Shown piece by piece: positions 28,016 through 42,827 of a stretch of 64,000 nucleotides of DNA. Source of the stretch: Octopus vulgaris (taxonomy: Eukaryota); the NCBI GenBank assembly GCA_951406725.2, contig OX597815.1:97588001-97652000 (forward strand), written 5' to 3'. The position numbers were made by a program, and so were the translations under genes. The notes below the pieces were generated by a model, which searched no databases, was not told the DNA's origin, and was given only the letters and a program-made list of their open reading frames with translations. Position 1 is the stretch's first letter. The number at the start of each line of letters is the position of its first letter.

Positions 28016-28624
28016 ATATAGAACGACATATATCAATATTTTGTATTAAAAAATATAGAGAGAATTCGGGTTAAATTTCTTAATATATCGTATAACGAAA
28101 CTAATTTCATTTATTTAGATAATATATCTTTTTTGTGGAGAGTCTGAATTTAATAACTGTAATTCATAATTAAAAATTACGGTATTTATACCTAATTTCC
28201 ATAATGTATTTCGATAAAAAGCGTTTTTCAATTTAAGTATTATTTAATCGAAACTTTTCTGTTAATGAAAAAGAATATGACCAAGAATTTTTATATTTTA
28301 TAACATCTTATCTTTATATAGTTAACTATTTTTAGTTTAACTTAATTTTCCCGTTGGCCCATCTATGTTTATGCACATTTAATTATTAAATATTCTACTG
28401 AAAATGCCTATCAAATTATATATCTCTGCTTATTTAACATTAACAATTTCTTTAATTATATATTGGTTAATATTTTAAAAAATTATTATTCACCGCTTAC
28501 TCTTCATTTATTTCTTAAACTCCATTGGCATAAACTTTCCTAAATATTATTTTGCATTGGTACTATATATTTCTCGACACTTCCAACCCAATATATAGAG
28601 TACAGAATGCTGCTTTACATCACA

Positions 28625-28950
28625 ACCACATGGTTACGGCATAGGTTTCCACTGCTTGACACCTTGCACAAGCGTCTTCTATTATAGACTTGTGTCGGAC
28701 AAATCCTTCCAAGGGAATTTTGTAGAGGGGAACTGCGTATGTATGTTTGTGTTTGCATGTTTTGTGAGTGCCTTTGTGTTTGTAGCTCACTACTGTTTAA
28801 CAATTGTAACCTAGTGATCCGACAAAAGAACCGAAAGTGTAAGTAGTATCAGGTTTTAAAAATAAGTTCTAAGCTTCATTCGCTTGACTAAAATGTTTCC
28901 AGTAGGTGCCTCAGCATTTTCGCAGTTTAATCACTGAAACAATTGAAAGA
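28625..28950 (+). mobile_element. Degenerate SINE family A
   Basis: aaccacatggtt..caccttgcacaagcgtcttctattatag..., ggtgcctcagcat..gcagtttaatcactgaaacaa. Confidence 0.65.
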
Positions 28951-28964
28951 AAGTAACAGAACTA

Positions 28965-29900
28965 TATCTGGTAAACTGGGATAGTGGCTGCATGACTTCC
29001 TAAAAGATAGAAGTGAGGCAGCTACAGCAAATGGTGTCTTCTTTGATGAAACAAATTCTGAATGACATTCCCCAATGAATTGTTTATAATAGCTCTCTTA
29101 GACGTGCTCGTGGCCACTCAGACAGCCACTCTCAATAGCTTCGCCGATGATGCAAAACTATCACGGGCAATAAAAACCCAGACGATCTCGCAAGCTTACA
29201 TGCAATATACAAGTAGTTTGAAGAATGCAACAAGCAGATTAATGCTGGAAATTCTCAAGCACTGCGCTATCAGTTCACAAATGCACCACAATCTGCATAT
29301 AGAAGGACCGAAGTCACTGAAATCTCAGAGTCACGGAAGGATTTGAAGATCAGTAAGCGTAATGATGCATCACTTCATATGCACACTACTTGCATGTGCA
29401 GACAACTGGCAGGATGCACACAAAGGTCCTCCAAAACAAGGGATCAAAGAGTCGTGTTGACACTGTGAAAGATGTTTGTTCTCAGCCGCCTGGACTACTA
29501 CTCATATCTGTGGTCACCGCATAGCAGGCCGACATCACTACACTACATATATTGTAACATTGCCGCTGATGAACCACAGGTAGGGGTTTAAATATCTACG
29601 ACTTTACTCCCAGGAGTGTAGACACGAGATGTATGTAATACATTTGAAAGATTCTGAAAGAGCTAGTACCTAATTTCGTCATCGAGTGTTATACAAATGA
29701 CTGAACAGGACGCCATTGCATTGTACGAAATGTTTCATCCGCCCCGTCTAAATTCAGGACAAGGTACTGCAAAACCCAAAGTTTCAAAGGCCCACAGCTC
29801 TTAAATGCCTTGCCAAAACAAATTAAAAACCTACACTACGTGGGCGGGATGGTTTCAAAACGGATGAACCAACGGCTCGCCATGTGATACAATTGAGGGA
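28965..29900 (+). mobile_element. Old CR1-like LINE fragment (RT to 3' region)
   Basis: GKLG*WLHDFLKDR, LFIIALLD...LNSFADDAKL, FVLSRLDYYS, KGPQLLNALP; heavily degenerate. Confidence 0.75.
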
Positions 29901-30119
29901 TGCAGTGTTAAACTCATTCATGCACCAAACGGGCCAACAACCAAGGCAAGAAGCATATACAGAAGTGGCGATATGACATCTCATCACCCTGACAAAATCA
30001 GTCAAAAAGTATGTAAAAGTACAAAATCATGGCGGTACACGAGCATTACAGAGTTTTATTATAACAACCAACTACTTATGACATATTATATATATATAAT
30101 GTTTTTTAGCTCCACTGTC

Positions 30120-30660
30120 TTTTCTGCAAAATATCAGCTTCAAAACGCCATACGTTCGATAGAAACTGCTGGTTCATTTGATCTAAATAACGGATCAACT
30201 GTTTATAACAAATAAGAGATGTAGAATGCTGGAAATCAAAATAATAGCGGGATATTCAGTCAGTTCAAAGCATTCATAGATACATATTAATATTATGGAA
30301 AATATGGTAGCATTTCTTTGCTTTTGAATGGAAGATAAAACACTAAAGCGATTGTCTATAGATAGCGTTGCAGTACAACAAAAAGCGATAAGAATTTTAA
30401 TCAAATCAACATTAGAAATCAAACACATTCTATATGGTCCTGGGCATTCTGGCAGCAACTGTTAATTTGAAACAATGTTTAAGTAATGCTTTCAATGTAA
30501 TATCAAACTGCATAGTGAAAGTGGATCACGCGACGACACACTGCCCAAGAACTTCTAGCACATTTAGCTAAAATAATTGAAGCTCTGATATTCGTTTACT
30601 TGAAACAATGCTGATGAAATGAATTTATTCTGAAAGAATATACCGAACAGAAATTCTGCA
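30120..30660 (+). mobile_element. Degenerate pogo/Tigger transposase fragment (CENP-B-type HTH to first catalytic D)
   Basis: *MEDKTLKRLSIDSVAVQQKAIRI (W...QxKA pattern) at ~30325 and NNADEMNLF*KNIPNR (NADETGLFWKxxPxRT) at ~30604-30652. Confidence 0.65.
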
Positions 30661-31326
30661 TTACGAAGGTTGTTTTGAATTCATCTACAATGATTTGTTT
30701 ATTTTAATTAAAATTTATTCGAATTAAGAATGGTCATCTATATAAACTCGGGCTCGTTCCCTTTACATTTCTTCTCACCAAATTATTTATTTTCTAACTT
30801 TCCTTTTAATTCATCGCTTCATATGGAATAAAATACATCTTACATTTTGATTATGGTATAAATTATTCCTTACTTTAATATGTTCCACTACATAGTTAGA
30901 CTCAATTAAATATGTTTCAAAATACAGAATATTGTTCGAATTGTTTTTACGTTTTCGTAACAATATACAATACAAGTTTTATATTCAGATCATTGAATTA
31001 ATTTTCTTATACAATGAAAAACTACATATTCAGACGTTATACTAAGATTGCTCAACATTACGCTTCTTATAAGAATTTTGGTTTTAGTTTTTATTAATAC
31101 TAACTGCTACTATTACAAAGTCATTTTAAATAAATCGCACTTTTACACTTCAAATATTTCATATTATCACACACACAAACACGTACACATACATGCACAC
31201 ATGCACACACACAAATATAGATATAAATATATATCAAAACTCACTCCTATATTAACACACGATGCTGACACAACTCTGGTACACAGACATGATTTCTTAT
31301 TCTTTATCAACATTATCATACATTAT

Positions 31327-31535
31327 GGCGAGGAACTGGCAGACTCGTTAGCATTATGAAATGCTTATCCCCGTTTCGTTCCTCTTTTCGTTCTGACTTC
31401 AAATTCCACCGAAGTTGATTTTGTCTTTCATCCTTTCGGGGTCGATTAAAATATGTACTAGTTGAGCACTGTAATCGATGTAATCCACCTATTTCTCCCT
31501 CAAAATTTCTGGCCTTGTACCAAAACTTGAAAGCA
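31327..31535 (+). mobile_element. SINE family B (Nin-domain-like)
   Basis: ggcgaggaactggcagactcgttagca...ttcaaattccaccgaagttgattttgtctttcatcctttcggggtcgat. Confidence 0.85.
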
Positions 31536-31627
31536 ATTGACAACAACTATACTCTGGCCTTTTCTGTGCGTCACACTTTATCCCCTAGTGCTAATTTTGT
31601 TACTCCCATTCCGTCTATTGTCCTCAG

Positions 31628-31940
31628 TGGAAGCACATGACCTAATGGTTAGAGCAGCGGACTCGCGGTCGAGGGATCGCGGGTTCAAATCTCAGACCGG
31701 GCGGTGTGTGTGCTTATGAGCGAAACACCTAAGCTCCACGCGGCTCCGGCAGAAGGTAATGGCGAACTTCTGCTGACTCTTTCGCCACAACTTTCTCTGA
31801 CTTTTTCCTCCTGCATCTTGCAGCTCACCTGCGACGGACCGGCGTCCCGTACAGTTTGGGAAACTATACGCCAAGAAATCGGGAAACCGGCCCATATGAG
31901 CCCGGCATGGCTCGAGAAGGAACAAACAAACAAAAACAAA
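31628..31940 (+). mobile_element. tRNA-derived SINE, family C head with a V/Meta-domain-like body and (AAAC)n tail
   Basis: tgacctaatggttagagcagcggactcgcggtc..gggttcaaatctc; cctgcgacggaccggcgtcccgt; aacaaacaaacaaa tail. Confidence 0.85.
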
Positions 31941-32619
31941 ATGTCCTCGAACTATGATAACTCAAAACTGTATTTAGATGGTCAGTTTTTATTATTCTAA
32001 CATACACCCCACTGCAATCTATACACTCACCGGTTATAAAATATAGTCCAATACGCTTACTAATTATTTTAGTATAATCTCTTTTTTATTTTATGAAGGT
32101 AATGTGTCCAAAAATCCACCGGTTTTGTTAATTTATGTGTGTTTACACGTGTGCGCCCGTGTGTGTGTTTGTTAGAAAAAGTGAATGTATGTATAATTGT
32201 ATATTGCCATAAAGAGCTCCTTATCCAAGAAATAATGGCTGATTATTTTCTAAAATTTGAAACATTAAAACGGTATATAGGAGAGGACGGGGGTCATAGA
32301 CTTAATGTAAAGTATGTCTGTTTCATAATGTAAATGGCATAACATTTAATTTCATCAGGATTTCTTTCCAGAAAGTTAGTTGTATTCGATAACGAGTCAG
32401 CAGCTATCATAAGTATATGCGCGCGCGTGTGTTATGAAGAATGAGAGAGAGAAAGTGTGGACAGAAAAAAAAAGTGTACTATGTTCATGCGTACAATGAA
32501 TTCATGCGCACTAAACTACGTATTTGCTCATGCACATGCATCTGAGAGAAATTCACTGCGTCGGTTGATAATTTGTTAGTACAAATGGATTTCCAATTTA
32601 ACATACACAATCGCGTGCA

Positions 32620-32846
<227 letters not shown>

Positions 32847-32908
32847 GCATAAATGAATGGGTCAATTAATGTTTCCTTAAATTTAATCCGTTTTATTTAT
32901 CTTTTCAG

Positions 32909-33070
32909 AATGCTGATTTGGCCGTGGGAGGCATGTCGATCACTTACCTGAGAGAGAAAGTAATTGACTTTACCAAACCTTTCCTTAATGTCGGAATCAC
33001 CATTCTGTTTAAGAAACCCGAAAAACAGGCCCCACAATTGTTCGCCTTTTTGGCTCCACTTTCAATCGAG
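32909..33070 (+). CDS. Next exon of the same receptor, S1 part 2 and pre-M1
   Basis: Not in the ORF track. Acceptor ttttatttatcttttcag| and donor |gttagt; 162 nt, phase 0/0, in frame with the previous exon. Translates NADLAVGGMSITYLREKVIDFTKPFLNVGITILFKKPEKQAPQLFAFLAPLSIE, close to kainate-receptor [24 protein letters not shown]...FSFLNPLS. Confidence 0.96.
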
Positions 33071-34855
33071 GTTAGTAATATAAGACGTGATTAAATATTT
33101 TTTAGCAATATCAAATAATTACAGAATTAGATATATCTATGATATAATTTGTATAGCTAATTTTTAATATTATGTTATAGAATTTTCTCAAAACGTTTTT
33201 CCTGTATTACATGCTTCTAACGAGACAATTGTCTTTCACAATAATTTGCAGCAACCAAAATTGAAAATATTTTTAAAAAGTGCCGGATCAGATATAGATT
33301 ATTTGAATGAAATATTGGCTTATTGGAAGTCTCACCGATGTTTATACCTTTTTGTGAGACAGCCATCTGCATCACACGCACACAGCAGTATTAGTATAAA
33401 CGCATACATAAAACTGTGCGTCAATATATAAACAGTATCAAAAATTAATTGAAATAACACTCAATAACTCTAAGTAGTGTATCGTATTTTTACATGGAAT
33501 AATCTGTGAATTCGGAATTTTGGCTTTATTACAGTCATCAGATTATAACCACTGATTGAGTCCTCACCAAATATATGTGTATATGAGTGTATTTATGTAT
33601 ATAGGTATGTATGTATGTATGTATGTATGTATGTATGTATGTATGTATGTATGTATGTATATATGTATGTATGCATTTATGTATGTCTGTTGGTTTGTGT
33701 GCGCACGTGCCTGTATTAGTTCACAAACAAAGTGTAGAAATGTGGTTGCAGAATAGTATTTCTATGTGGCATTTGAAGGCATCGATCAACATTTTTGTTG
33801 CCTCGTTGCTGGTTCTGTAAACCTTCAACCTGACATTGAGAATACCACAAAGGCAATGCTGGTTAAAAACACTCCGGAAACCCAGTTCTCTGAACACTTC
33901 TCTTTATGATCCGTACAGCGCTGTGGTTATAATATTTGCCTAATATGTTAGAAACTGTGCATCAATTTGAATCTCTCGGTTTTAAAGATTCGTACTCAAA
34001 GATTTTTATTGCACATTTCAAATGATACCAAACTATTTAATAGATGTAAGCTGTTGTCGGGAATTGACACTTTGAGCCTAATATGTTCACATCAAGGGCA
34101 GGTGGTTAATGCTGTCCTACTCTGAAGCATTTTGGTCTTACGCACTGTGATGGAAGCCCCAGCTTCTTGTCTACTACATCAAGAACAAAGAGTATGACTA
34201 AAAGTCTTACTCCATTAGGGGACAATAGAAAGTTATGATCGTTTTCCGCTTTGTCTTTGGCCGATTGTGCCTGAATAGACTTTTAGCTGTCTAGTTACAC
34301 ATATGCTCATATATGTATATATTCAAATACAGAAAAAGATGAACATGTGTATGCGCTTCTGAGTGTGGCAGACAGATGCCCAGAGAGTGTATATGTGTGT
34401 CTGTGTGTATTTGAATTTAAAATACGACTTTTCTGTAGCTATTAAAAACATGATTAAAGATGGAAGACTTACTCCTAATACTGCACATTGTTAAAATAAG
34501 CAATGCTCAGTGTACACGAAATATATTCGATCAACTATCGAGTTTCGATAATAAACAAGAAACACATTTTAGCGATTAAATCAAATTAATCCACATTTGC
34601 CCACCATCTACAGCTGCACAGGTCAATAACAATTCACTTCATGAAGTGGCGGCACTGATAGTTTATGGAAGGTGCTGGAGGAAGTGGGAACTATAGAGTT
34701 CTAACTGTATTGCAAGGGACTCTACGAAAATATCATGTCCTCGCAAATCACCTTACGTTAATGCATATTTTATATTCAGTGCTTCGCAATAATTTTTATC
34801 GAAATTCTAAAGAATAGTTTCCTTAATAATGATACGATCATTCCCATTGCAACAA

Positions 34856-34903
<48 letters not shown>

Positions 34904-35914
34904 GCCCCGTTCTCTCTCTTCCTTGCACACACACACATGCACACTATGCACTTATAAACTGACGCAAACACACGCACACTTAATCACAACACCGTGTATA
35001 CGTTTATACGTTCATATAAACAGACATGCACAAGTGGGAGCGCTTTAATATATATATACACATTAACATCTTTCAACCTACACTTGTTGAAGCAATATCA
35101 CACGTACAACATATATGAAATCAGACATGCGCATAACATGTACATACAGATTCACATCGGAGTACATGATTATATTCGATGTGGTTGTGGGTACGTAGAT
35201 ACGAGTGTGCTTATATATGTGTATGTACGTGCATGTGTGCCAATTAGTGCATTTGTATATATGCATAATGCGCACTGTACGTATATATTTGAATATAGTT
35301 GTCGATTTTCTATAGAAAATGCATTTTCCCTGGATAATATCCAGTAGTTTCCGTTACAAATGGTTTGACTGAACAATACAGAAACATCAATAGTGAATGC
35401 CGGTTGGAGTGACCTTCGCTTTTAGAATGTTGGAGCCTTGCCGATAAACTACTCTCTGATGGCATAGATAATGGTTAAATTTCTTTGTGTAACCGTGAAG
35501 ACAATCATCATGTGATCCATCTTATAGAGATCGCAAAAGATTGGAACTTGTAATATTCCACAGTTGAATATCGATCCAGAAATTGGTTGGTTTAATTGCT
35601 ATAAGGGAAATACAGAAATTCAATTCAAATATCTTTTCGTCGCTCATATGAAACAGTATTTATGGGATATGTATATGTGTGTGTGTGTGTGTGCTTGATT
35701 TTTTTTATGTGTGTATGTGTGTGCATCATTCGTTAAAGCATACTCAACTGCACATGAATACGCAAAGACAGAATATGCATTTACAGGAACTCTCACAATG
35801 ACAGATACAGATTCACAGATCTAAGCACATAGAAAAATATACCGACGATCACAAACATACAGATACACACATATGCACATAGACGCTCACACACACACAC
35901 ATACACTTAATGAA

Positions 35915-36200
35915 AGCACATGGTTTAGTGGTTAAGATATTCGGTTCATAATCGTAAATTCGTTAGTTCGATTGCCGGTGGTTTGTTGTGTCCTTGAGAA
36001 AGTTATTTTATTTCACACTACCTCAGTCCGCTTAGCTGGCAAAAATGAGTAGTACTGTATTCCAATGGACCAGCCTTGGCTGCCTGAGAACTACGTTAAA
36101 GGCACGAGTACTCAGCCACTTGCTTGTAAATTATACAAGCAGGCTGCTCCGTTGATCAGATCAACTGGAACCCGTGCCGTCGTAACCGACAGAGCGCCAC
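35915..36200 (+). mobile_element. tRNA-derived SINE with CORE-like domain and tail type 1
   Basis: tggtttagtggttaag, gttcgattgcc, tgtgtccttgagaaagttattttatttcac; tail matches 10840-10965. Confidence 0.75.
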
Positions 36201-39084
36201 TTTTATATACACTTACATATGCATCTATATGCATATATGTGTATGCATGTGTGAATACATACATACACATATACATATACACATATTTACGCAAAGATAA
36301 GTATATAATGTCGTCATGTATCGTATACTTTTGCATCATGATGATGACACTACCATCAACCTCCTCCCGATGAAATGTGAGGTCTCCCATCGGATGAAGC
36401 GATAGTATTACTTCGTTCTGACTTTCTCACATTATTCCCTTTGCAGATTTGTTGGGGCCGTTTGGCGTTGCCTTCCCCAACTGGATTCAGTCGTTCCACT
36501 AGCGGTTCCTCCGCCCTTCCATGGGTCGTGTTTCTAGTTCTAGGTGTGCAGACACACTCCTTACAAGAGTAGAGAGTTATGCAAGTGGATGGGAGCAGCT
36601 TTAGTCGCCGACCACCCGACCATAATACAGGCAGTAATGGTTTACGTGAGACTAGAAGCAGCTCTCATCAGCCTGTAATGATATTCCTGACCTGATTGTA
36701 GCACTACGACCTCCTCACCATAATTTCAACCACGTCCCGACACTAGTCGTTAGACATTCAATCTCCGCATACCAACTCTTTTTGTTGACATCTGTGACTC
36801 TGGGTTCCTGGATCTACAATTATTCCTGGTCTACTGCTGGCTAGATGTCTCGGTCACCTGTGGAACAACTGTATCGTATCATCTGCATCGCGTCTGGATC
36901 CCATTTTTTGTGTGTGGTACCATTGAATAGGGATAGAAACTAATCAAGTAAACCGCAGGGAAATTTAAATTTATGATCTGCCGAGTCGCCTTAAGTATGA
37001 CCCATGGAGAAGGATCTAATTGCTGGAATATGTTTGCATCTTTACTGAGGCGCAAGAAAACTGGTACCAGATTAGCGAATTTAGTCATTAATAAATGGAT
37101 GGAAATGCACAATAATATTAAAACAATTCTAGTCATTTTCGAAAGATTAAGTCAAAATACAGGCGTAATATTTGAGACATATTAAATCATTTGCCTCATA
37201 TTCCAACCGTTCGCTCATCTTAAACTCATGAAAAGAAAGTGAGAAAAGTGACTACAGTAATGAAAATATGTAGAGAAATGAAAATGTTGCATATGAATGT
37301 GGAATGAGGGTAGGTTTTAAGAATTTTAGTAAACGGCTATGGTTTTTAAACACTAAAGCAAGGAGTGTGAAATCAGAAACTTCAGTGACATTAAAAATTT
37401 TTTAAATACTAGACTACTTTAGCGGGATTGGCAGGTAGAAACGCTAATGGGAATTAAATGGATAATTATAGCTGAGAGGAGTGTGAGTAGAAGAAAGAAG
37501 ATGTAAGATAAAAAGGTAAGGAATGGTTAGTTGTACTTTGGTTCCCGACAGGTCATAAATATTTTCAGTTCTTAATGTGGCCATATAGCACAATATAAAA
37601 ACGATATGGTGTAAAAACGATAGGCTGTAAATATCGAATTGGTTATGTGGGACTTAAAAAGACATACAAATAACAATACAGACACAAGCATACCTGAACG
37701 TGTACCAAGACACACAGAGATCAATGGTATATTGCATATGTCCAACTAGTAAGTGAATATATACCTGCGTGTACGTGTATTTGTATCCGAAACATCTGTG
37801 ATTCTATGTTGGTGTTCCTTATTTCGCAATTCGTAGAAATTATTCGTCAGCTGGGGTTTTATTTTTATAGTAAATCGTTGATTTTTGCTTATCCATGTAG
37901 GAGTAAATATTTTTGGCAGTGCATGCAATTCTACATAAATAATAACCAGCTTAGTTAGAGAGAATGAAAGATGTTTTCCTTGGAATATGTATGTGCTGGA
38001 AGTCCTTGAATTTTCCAAAGAAAGGAAACTAAAGGAAGTGAAATAAAATACATTTAAGTCATCGCATTCAAGAAATTAGTTCTTTAGAATACTTGATTCT
38101 CTACAGTTGAGGTTCAAAAATTCTCATGCGCGAGACAAAGACTGAAACGCAATGAAGACTTTCCGTGTTTATATATAGATAACGTAAAGAAAATATACCT
38201 CATTCTTGTGACTGACATTATTTTTATCATTAGCACACACACGAATGCACACACACTCATACATATAGTTGTAATTTGCAGAATAACAAAAGACGAAGAT
38301 AGGTGTATGAACAACAAGCAAGTGTATTAGTTTAACGCTCCGGAAAATGAAAAAGTGTTTAGGTTTCGAGCCTACGCTCTTCAACAGAAAGGAATAAGAA
38401 AAAAATAGACAGAGAGAGAATAGAAAGAAAGCTTGTAGATTTCAGCGGGTACAAAGTTGTACCAGCATTGCTAGAAAGAAAGGTAAGAAAAACACTCAAA
38501 CAGCTGTGGGTTGTGTTTTGACACCTTTTTTCTAGCCATGTTGGAACTAATTTGTACTCTCGTTTCTTAATTTACCTTTAGATTTGAATTGCTAACGGGC
38601 CACGTATATTATATATTTCATATATTATATTGCAGAGTGGAAGGAGTTTATAAGCCATTTAAAAACACACAAAAATTATTTGATTCACGTCACTTGCTAA
38701 GCAAGTGCATCGCCGTGATATATTATATTATTTTATTTATGTATGTGTGTTCCTCAGTTCCAACCTCTTTCTTCTAGAACCCTACAGCGTCCCTCTGTAA
38801 GCTCAACATCCGCTAAACTTCGGGAAAAGGGTGAATACTCATAACGTTAAAGATATTTCCCTCCTTTACCGATTTTCTCAGCATGAAACTAATATCAACC
38901 TTTTGTTGTTTGTTTTTCGTAACTTTTGCACTTTATATATGCATGTATGAGTGTGTGGGTGTGCTTCGGCATCACCTTATCAGATGTTGTTATACACCGA
39001 CGGTCACAATAATCTTCCTGGCATTGTTTTAGTTTTCGAATAATTTCAATAAAATTTCGATTGATTACATCCCGTTGACTAGGG

Positions 39085-39250
39085 GGCCTGCCTACATTTC
39101 CCCTGAACGGAACGCCATTCTGTCGCAGAGTTACCCATTTACAGTCATGCGAAGAGCAAAGTGAAATGAACACAATGTATATAACGTACCGCCGGTTGGG
39201 ATTCGAAACCACGATCTTCAGGTGCAAAATCCTAACCACTGTATCACGGG
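39085..39250 (-). mobile_element. Degenerate tRNA-derived SINE
   Basis: Reverse complement gives cagtggttagga..gatcgtggtttcgaatccc..., then ggtaactctgcgacagaatggcgttccgttcagggg. Confidence 0.6.
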
Positions 39251-39270
39251 CTTTCAAAATGCATGCGCAT

Positions 39271-39312
<42 letters not shown>

Positions 39313-39884
39313 GCACACGTGCTTATGTATGCTATGTATGTGGATGGATGGATGATTTCCCAAATAATGTAGATGAAACTAAGTTGACGTCAGGTCTGCC
39401 TTTGACATATATTATGCATAAGCCCATGCTTTCATATTTGAACTTCCATTCAAAAATTCCTATCAATGGGAACCAATACTACAGCACTATGTCCACTAGT
39501 AAACGAAAGATTTCGTTACGAGTACTTTTCTTACGTTTAGCCGCACATACTGGTCATTAGTATTAATACATATGTTTGACCATCAACTTTTTTTCACGAC
39601 AGTCCTGCGTCGTCACTTTTCACACTTTTCACTCAGTGCGCATAGAAGCAGGGTGAACATTTGTATTTACCCTAATTGTTTTGGCACTGATCGGAGTCGC
39701 TTATTCTGCTGTAAGAAGCAGCTGACCTTCCTGAAATCTCTTCAAACTGATATAAGAAACTGAAGAATGAGTCAGACTATGAAGATTAACATATACAAAT
39801 TGACGTGATTGTCATGTACTTACACATACATACATGGATATACAAACATATATATACATACACAGAGATACACACAAACACAGT

Positions 39885-39939
<55 letters not shown>

Positions 39940-41071
39940 GTGTGTGTGCGTGTGTGTGTACGCGTGTGTGTGTGTATGCATTTGAGTCAAAGTTTTTATA
40001 TCCATGATAAAAGTTCCGGCATTAATTTTATGCCACGAATTCGTTATGCAACGATTTACATACTTATTGACAAATACGTATATCTATATTTATATTTGTA
40101 TGTGTGTGCGTGCATCTTTATGTATGTATGGATGTATGTATGTATGTATGTATGTATACATATATATAAAAACGAGAGAGGGAAGAACGAGGATATAAAA
40201 CCTAGAAAGAGATTGTGAGACGGGCGGAAGCGATACATTTACAGGAGCACAATGTTTTTGCAACTTTAACCTAAAGCTATTTATTCAACGTCGTTCATTG
40301 CTACTTATGCGTCGATTTTATATTTGAGATTTTACTACAGCACAAGGAGGAAGAATACAAAATCTTAGAATTATCTAACAGCAGCTAAATTTGCAGCATC
40401 ATTTAGCCTTGTGTCAGATATATATATATATAATATATATACATAAATATGAATATATGTGTGTGCATTGTACACACACACATGAATATATATATGTATG
40501 TGTGAGAGAGAGAATTGTTCCTGCTTTCAATATCAGATAGTTTCATAAACTGCAGCAATTTTTTTTTATTGAAATTGCAAATAACCCGACCCGATGTCTA
40601 TATATATCATGTGTGTGAGTTTGTACAGGATTGGAATGAATACAATGACGGCAATTTTAAGTATATCTATCATGTATATTGCGACACAATAGATAGAGAA
40701 GCATTGTATTATGTGAAAAGATATCTTGCTTAAATTGCTAATTACTTACAACGAGGTGGATTTTTACTATGAAATAAAGCTATTTCGGTCATGCATGCGC
40801 CTGAGTACGTGAATGGGTAAATTGCTGCAGAAAAATAAAGAAATAATGATGTCAGTTTCTCAGATAACGATCACACACAGAAACACACACACATTGTACT
40901 CGTATATATCTATATATCTATGTATGTATATATGTATGGAAATATATATATATCTGCATATGTTGTCTCTATACGTAGAGGTATGTGTAGCATAAGTTTA
41001 ATATACACACATGATATATATATACATAAATATATATACATATATATATGTATATATATATATATATATAT

Positions 41072-41161
<90 letters not shown>

Positions 41162-41432
41162 CTTATGTAGTCTCATGTATATTTCATACGTATATGAGAA
41201 AATAATTAGATGAATAAATAAACACTGAGTGAGTTTTTGCCTTTAGGTTTTATAATGTAATTCAGGAAAAATGTCATAATTCTGAAGGCTGTTCATCGTT
41301 GCTTCGTTCTGAAACGCGTGAGAAGTTGTGAACTTTTCCGCGTGTAAATATTTAATCTCTACATTTTAGAATCTATTGCAAATCGATGAAAAATGACATG
41401 AAAATAAATAATTCCCGAATTAGAATATACAC

Positions 41433-41507
<75 letters not shown>

Positions 41508-41511
<4 letters not shown>

Positions 41512-41750
41512 CAAAGCACTTTATTTCACGTTGCTCCAGTTCACTCAGCTGTAGAAATGAGTTGCGACGTCACTGGTGCCAAGCTGTATCGACCTTTGTC
41601 TTTCCCTTGGATAACACTGGTGGCGTGGAGAGGGGAGGCTGGTATGCATGGGCGACTGCTGGTCTTCCAGAAACAACCTTGCCCGGACTTGTGTCTAGGA
41701 GGGTAACTTTCTAGGTGCAATCCCATGGTCATTCATGACCGAAGGGGGTC
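41508..41750 (+). mobile_element. 5'-truncated CORE-like SINE
   Basis: gagcaaagcactttatttcacgttgctccagttcactcagctgtagaaatgagt followed by a distinct GC-rich tail. Confidence 0.7.
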
Positions 41751-42827
41751 TTTTATATATGTATATATATGTACTTGTGAGTGTGTTTGCATCTACGTAT
41801 TTGCATCGTTGTACCTCTTTGTCTCGCACCACCGTTAGACAATCCGTTTTGGTGTGTTTAATATACATGAACCACACAAATTGTATGGTTTATGTATATT
41901 GTTCTGAAGAGCATTTGTTTCTATAGAGAGAATATCGCACATATCGCTACCCCTTTTATGAAAACTGTGTCTGTAATCTGTTCGCAAATAGTCCAACGAA
42001 AACTTTGACATTAATTAGCAAACACAAATTTTTTAGTGTGTTTTTGAATGGTTAATAAGTCTTTGATGCTACGATTACTTTATTTTCAACACACGTCCTG
42101 GGATCAAATCACTTCCTAGACACGCGAGTCTAAATAATCGTAATTCTGGCATTGAAGAACAACACATTTAATGACTTCCCGAAGCAAAAGCATCGACGTC
42201 TCTGCCTCTGATAGCATAAAGAAAACTGCAAAACAAATAAATAAAAAGTAATGGTAGCTCAATTATCTAGCATCGTACCCCAATATGATCTAGAATACCG
42301 GCTCTATTTGTTTCATATCCTATAGATACAGCTGACTTGTCTTTTCAATATAATTTTTGTATAATTGTAGATTCGTGAAACATTTACACTAAGATAAGAA
42401 TTAACACATTTATTATCTAATATCTAAATGGCTGACTAATAATTCTGAACTTAGATAAGAATAATCAATAAATGACTTCAAGTTTATAGAGAATAATTCA
42501 AAAGTAAAAGTGTTATGCTATGGACAGCTAGAATCTATATTAATGAATTTGACTCAAGAACAGCAGTTTCTAGAAAATTGAATAGTCTATTGACTCCGCA
42601 TCTATATATGATAACTACATCGATCATTAATTCCAAAGGGGCGACAAACAAAGTAGTGCGGAGATGATTGAGGAATTAAAGGGCAAAAGCTCATAATTAA
42701 ATAGTGCAATAATTAATTCTAGCACATTAATTTTCCTTCTCGAACACCTTTTACTCTGCGAAAATTTCTGTTAAAATTTCTACGGCAAATAAAAATTATT
42801 GTTAGAGATACATCAATTTAACTTTGG

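Noticed and set aside
31628-31702. tRNA gene
   Set aside because: A and B boxes are present, but the sequence continues into a SINE body and tail with no proper acceptor stem or terminator; the same applies to the other SINE heads.
36330-36900. GC-richer segment, possibly retroelement-derived
   Set aside because: No motif or second copy in the window to support a specific call.
41272-41330. Hammerhead-like CTGAAGG...GAAACGCGTG
   Set aside because: Stem II does not pair, the core is altered and the cleavage position is G; at best a dead remnant.
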